32,000 nucleotides of DNA from Bacillota bacterium. GTDB lineage: Bacteria; Bacillota; DTU025; MWDF01. Each line of letters starts with the position of its first letter. The stretch's first letter is position 1. The notes under the pieces are model-generated. The model ran no database searches. It was given only the letters and a program-made list of their open reading frames with translations, and was not told the origin of the DNA. Made by a program: the position numbers and the translations under genes. Of this stretch, positions 28,222-32,000 are shown in pieces. The DNA lies in assembly GCA_017994615.1 (NCBI GenBank), contig JAGOKM010000006.1, positions 1 to 32,000 of the forward strand, in the 5' to 3' direction.

Positions 28222-28242
28222 TCAGCTATGGCACAGGCCCTT

Positions 28243-31200
28243 CTACTTGTTGTAGGCCTCCACTTCGTATATCTTCACGAACTCGTCCTTGTAGAGCATG
28301 TCGTAGTAGTAGACCCTGATGGCGGTCGCCTGCACCCTGCTGAAGGTCATGCTTATAGCCACAACCTCGGTCTGGCTGGGAGTAGTACCTGCCGCCTTGT
28401 TGTCCTTGTAGTCGTAGATCTCTGTCCATTTCTCGTTTATCAGGGCCATCAGCTTCATGCTCTTAGGCGCGCTCGGTGCCGCTATCTTTATGACTACGTT
28501 GTTGAGCGCGACCGTCTTCTGGAAGTTGACCTCTATCCACTGAGGTGTGCCGGATGTGGCCGAGCCTTTGGACAGCCAGAAGGACGACACGTTCTCGTCT
28601 ATGGCTAGCGCCGCGGTGTTGCCCCCGGTCCATCCGTTGGTGTTTGTCTTCGTGCCCTGAGACTTGCCCGCCAGGTTGACCAGCCCGGGTTGCGTCGGCG
28701 TAACCGGAGGAGTCACTACAGGCGGTGTAACCACAGGAGGCGTTACAACTGGAGGCGTCACCGGAGGAGTCACGACGGGTGGCGTAACCACCGGCGGCGT
28801 CGATGTTGCCGCCGTGCGGAAGCTCGCCGTCTGGGATACCGCGACGTTGCCTGCAAGGTCCATCGCCACTGCCCTGAAATAGTACGTGGTATTGGGCTTC
28901 AGGCCCGTCAGGTTGAGGCTGAAGTTGGTGCTGCCTATCCTCGTCGGCGACGGATTCGGCGTTATTATTACCGTGCTTGGCTGGCTCGAGGTTGCTGCCG
29001 ACGACCTGACATCGGCGTCGCCTGAGACTGCGCTGAGCGAGGACGCGCTGGTGCCGAACTCCACGCTTCCGAAGGCCGGCTCGTTGGTGTACCAGGTTAT
29101 CGTCGCCGAGCTATCCGTTATGTTTCCGGACATGAGGTTCGATATGGTCGGCGCTTTGGTGTCCAGTATTATCTGCGCGACGTAGGCTTGCGAGACGTTG
29201 CCCGCAGCATCCCTGTACATGGCCCATATGTTCCTCTGCCCGTCCCCCTGGGCCATCGTGTAGGGCACCTTGCCGGCAAACTGCGTCCAGTTGCCCCATA
29301 CGACGTTGAACGAGCTTGTACCCTCGCCTATGCGGTATTGTATCGACGCCTGCGGCGTCACGTTGTCCTGGGCGTTTAGGTTCAAGTACACATACCTGGA
29401 CCTTGTATACATTGTGTTGTCATTGATCGTTATCGACCCTGTCGGAGGCATCGTGTCGGCGGGAGCCGCATCCTGTGTCCTGAAGCTGCCCACCTGGGAT
29501 GCCGACGCGTTGCCGGCGAGGTCCATGGCCACCGCCCTGAAGTAATAAGTGGTGCCGGGGCGCAGCCCTGTGATGGTGACGTTGAAGTTAGTGGCCCCCG
29601 TCCTCGTCGGGCTCGGGTTGGGGGTGATTATCACAGCGCTGGGCTCGGCCGAGCTTACCGAGGCCGACTTAGCCTCGCTGTCCCCAGTCGACAGGCTCAG
29701 GGCTATCGAAGAGGTGCCGTATTCTACGCTGCCGAACGCGGGCTCGTTGGTCATGAACGTGACTACGGCGCTTGTCTGCGTCACGTTGGCAAGTCCGAGG
29801 TTCAAGATCGATGGCGCCCTTGTGTCCAGTATTATCTGTGCGCCGTATGCCTGCGAGACGTTGCCCGCACCGTCCATGTACATCACCCATATGTTCCTCT
29901 GCCCGTCGCCGTAGGAGAGGGTGTATGGCACCCTGTTTGCGAACTGCGTCCAGTTGCCCCAGCTGATGCTGAAGGAGCTGATGCCCTCTCCTATCCTGTA
30001 CTGCAGACCGGACGTTGGAGTCATGTTGTCCTGGGCGTTGAGGTTGAGGTAGATGTACCTGGACCTCGTATACATCGTGTTGTCGTTGATAGTTACCGAC
30101 CCGCTCGGGGGCATAGTATCGACCGGCGCAGGGTCCGGCGTCCTGAAGCTTGCCACCTGCGTCGCTGCCGCGTTGCCGGCAAGGTCGACCGCGACCACCC
30201 TGTAGTAGTAGGTCGTGCTCGCCCTAAGGCCGGTTAAGCTGAAGTTGAAGTTCGTCGAACCGGTCCTGGTCGGCGAAGGGTTCGGAGTGATTATCACCGC
30301 TGTGGGCTCCGCCGAGCTCACCGAGGCGGATTTGGCCTCGCTGTCGCCTGCCGAGAGGCTGAGCGAGAACGACGCCGTACCGTACTCCACGTTTGCAAAC
30401 GACGGTTCGCTGGTCCTGAAGCTCACGACCGCACTCTGCGTCGTGACGTTGGAGACCGCAAGGTTGGTGATGGACGGCGCCTTGGTGTCTAGCACCACAT
30501 ACGCCCCGTAAGCCGGAGATGTGTTGCCAGCTGCATCCCTGTACATCACCCAGATGTTGCGCTGGCCGTCGCCGTAGCCCATTATGTACTGCACCCTGCT
30601 GGAGAAGCCCTGCCAGCTGCCCCATGCCACGTTGGCCTGGCTTGCGCCTTCACCTACCCTGAACTGTATCTCGGCCTGCGACGACCTGTCGTCCGTGGCG
30701 CTGAGGTTCAAGTAGACGTACCTTGAACGGGTGTACAGCGTGTTGTCGTTTATCGTAAGCGAGCCCGTGGGCGCCTTGGTGTCCGCAGGTATCGACGCCT
30801 GGGTCCTGAAGGACGCCACCGAGCTTTCGGCCGAGTTGCCGCCGGAATCGCGCGACATCACCTTGTAGAAGTATGTCGTATCGGGCCTGAGACCGGTGAG
30901 GAACACCCTATGTGCCCTCGTCGAGTCGCCCTGGCCTGCGCTGAAAGTCAGTGAAACGGATGATGTCCCGAAGAATACCCAGGAGTCCGAGTTCTCGTCG
31001 GTGTCCCATGTCACTTCCGCGTTGTCTATGCCGGCCTGGGCCCCCACCCAGCCGATCCTGGGGGCCGTCCTGTCAAGGGATATCGTGGTTGTCGCTTCGG
31101 TCGATACGTTGCCCGCTGCGTCCCTTACCCTTGCATAGACGGTCCTTGCCCCTTCCCTGTCGCTCAGCACGAAGCTGGCGAACGAGCTGTACGCAGACCA

Positions 31201-32000
31201 CGTGCTCCAGTTGGACGAGTCGTCCCTGAAGCTCATCTCGGCCACAAAGCCGGATTCGTCGGTGGCATAGAGCTCCAGGCTTATGGTCCTGTTGTTGGTG
31301 GAAGCCGCCCCGCCGTTGATCCTGAAGCTGTTGATCCTGGGAGCGCTCCTGTCGGCCGAGAGCGTGGTGAAGGTCCTGACGTCGGAATAGGCCTGCCGGC
31401 CGGCCGAATCCCACGCCACGATCTGGTACTGGTAGGTCGTTATCGGCTGGAGGGCCGAAATCGTCACCTGATGCCTCGTTGACGGGCCTACCTGCTGCGA
31501 TGTCAACTGCTGCCCGCCGCTGGAGTATACTATGTAGCCATATGCCTGCGCATCCGTAGACCATGCGACGGTCGCGGTATTCGCAGTCACGTTGCTGACG
31601 CTTATCCCCGTGATCGCAGGGGGCCTCGCTGCAGCGCTGGTCGTTAGCGTCACCGCCTGGCCTTCTGTCTTGAGGCCGTACGCGTCCACGGATATCGGCT
31701 TGAACTGGTAGGTCTGTCCCGGCAGGAGCCCTGCCACGTCGACGCTGTGCGACCTAGTGGAGGTCTCAGACCCCACGACGTTGGCCGACTGGCCCAGCTT
31801 GTATTCGACATAGCTGCTTGCTGGCCTGTCTGTCGCCCACTTGACGTTCACCGTGCCGGCCGATGTCTCCTGGGCCGTCACGTTGGTTATGACGGGCCCG
31901 GATATGTACTGGCTGATATCTACCTGCACAGGGGCGAAGTTCCCCGCCCCGTCCACCACTGCGGCCGAAACAACCCTGCTTGATCCCATCACGAACGTGA
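28243..32000 (-). CDS. Large secreted or cell-surface protein with multiple fibronectin-III-like domains and C-terminal F5/8 type C (discoidin-like) domain, 5' end outside window
   Basis: At least 1249 aa, frame still open at the window edge. Repeated FN3 patterns (TSAVVTFMTNEPAFGSVEYGTSS...GLRPGTTYYFRAVAMDLAGN). C-terminal LAIDENVSSFWLSKG...PQWIEVNFQKTVALNNVVIK...IKIYEVEAYNK-like discoidin pattern. Confidence 0.85.
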   Translation of the reverse strand, partial: TFVMGSSRVVSAAVVDGAGNFAPVQVDISQYISGPVITNVTAQETSAGTVNVKWATDRPASSYVEYKLGQSANVVGSETSTRSHSVDVAGLLPGQTYQFKPISVDAYGLKTEGQAVTLTTSAAARPPAITGISVSNVTANTATVAWSTDAQAYGYIVYSSGGQQLTSQQVGPSTRHQVTISALQPITTYQYQIVAWDSAGRQAYSDVRTFTTLSADRSAPRINSFRINGGAASTNNRTISLELYATDESGFVAEMSFRDDSSNWSTWSAYSSFASFVLSDREGARTVYARVRDAAGNVSTEATTTISLDRTAPRIGWVGAQAGIDNAEVTWDTDENSDSWVFFGTSSVSLTFSAGQGDSTRAHRVFLTGLRPDTTYFYKVMSRDSGGNSAESSVASFRTQASIPADTKAPTGSLTINDNTLYTRSRYVYLNLSATDDRSSQAEIQFRVGEGASQANVAWGSWQGFSSRVQYIMGYGDGQRNIWVMYRDAAGNTSPAYGAYVVLDTKAPSITNLAVSNVTTQSAVVSFRTSEPSFANVEYGTASFSLSLSAGDSEAKSASVSSAEPTAVIITPNPSPTRTGSTNFNFSLTGLRASTTYYYRVVAVDLAGNAAATQVASFRTPDPAPVDTMPPSGSVTINDNTMYTRSRYIYLNLNAQDNMTPTSGLQYRIGEGISSFSISWGNWTQFANRVPYTLSYGDGQRNIWVMYMDGAGNVSQAYGAQIILDTRAPSILNLGLANVTQTSAVVTFMTNEPAFGSVEYGTSSIALSLSTGDSEAKSASVSSAEPSAVIITPNPSPTRTGATNFNVTITGLRPGTTYYFRAVAMDLAGNASASQVGSFRTQDAAPADTMPPTGSITINDNTMYTRSRYVYLNLNAQDNVTPQASIQYRIGEGTSSFNVVWGNWTQFAGKVPYTMAQGDGQRNIWAMYRDAAGNVSQAYVAQIILDTKAPTISNLMSGNITDSSATITWYTNEPAFGSVEFGTSASSLSAVSGDADVRSSAATSSQPSTVIITPNPSPTRIGSTNFSLNLTGLKPNTTYYFRAVAMDLAGNVAVSQTASFRTAATSTPPVVTPPVVTPPVTPPVVTPPVVTPPVVTPPVTPTQPGLVNLAGKSQGTKTNTNGWTGGNTAALAIDENVSSFWLSKGSATSGTPQWIEVNFQKTVALNNVVIKIAAPSAPKSMKLMALINEKWTEIYDYKDNKAAGTTPSQTEVVAISMTFSRVQATAIRVYYYDMLYKDEFVKIYEVEAYNK
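28694..28803 (-). repeat. 15-nt tandem repeats encoding a TPPVV/TPPV linker
   Basis: Protein PPVVTPPVVTPPVTPPVVTPPVVTPPVVTPPVTPT. DNA units ggaggagtcactaca, ggcggtgtaaccaca, ggaggcgttacaact and others. Confidence 0.85.
28812..30778 (-). repeat. Three tandem ~660-bp modules (about 220 aa each)
   Basis: Each starts (P)(T/S)GS-x-TINDNT-x-YTRSRY-x-YLNL and contains YGDGQRNIW or QGDGQRNIW, an SAVV-type strand, VIITPNPSPTR-x-G-(S/A)TNF and TTYY(F/Y)R. Units start at about 30778, 30118 and 29455. Confidence 0.9.

Noticed and set aside
28694-28803. Possible CRISPR-like array
   Set aside because: Units are about 15 nt, contiguous without spacers, in frame and code for a TPPVV linker.
31073-31564. 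Secondary minus-strand ORFs (e.g. 163 aa) within large genes
   Set aside because: Out-of-frame translations inside the FN3-repeat gene; Arg/Gln/Gly-rich with no signal.
1-32000. Mobile element, defence island or phage region
   Set aside because: No transposase, integrase, nuclease-helicase cassette, toxin-antitoxin pair or terminal inverted repeats found; the content is envelope and housekeeping genes in one orientation.

Overview
All convincingly supported genes in this window lie on the minus strand. In transcription order (32000 to 1) they are: a large fibronectin-III/discoidin-type surface protein (partial), RlmI-like methyltransferase, rpmE, tdk, DUF1385, prfA, prmC, sua5, an rpiB-upp fusion, dCMP deaminase, wecA/tagO, wecB/mnaA, murA, an S55/SpoIVB-like peptidase, bamA, ompH/skp, a lptF/G-lptD fusion, lptC, lptA, lptB, DUF3084, an SLH-domain OmpM-like porin, a RuvC/YqgF-like nuclease, a beta-barrel protein and a partial exported protein. 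The housekeeping order resembles Firmicutes, but it runs straight into an LPS-transport/outer-membrane biogenesis cluster, so the source is probably a diderm Firmicutes-like or related lineage (inference). The best novelty candidate is the 1079-aa ORF at 9570..12809. It joins an inner-membrane LptF/G permease to a complete LptD with its own internal signal peptide, in effect a predicted polyprotein. Secondary candidates are the RpiB-Upp fusion, the long coiled-coil SLH porin, several perfect inverted repeats between genes, and a surface protein with three diverged ~220-aa modules. I saw no CRISPR array, tRNA, rRNA, transposase, phage or defence locus. All family calls come from reading protein motifs by eye; no searches were run.
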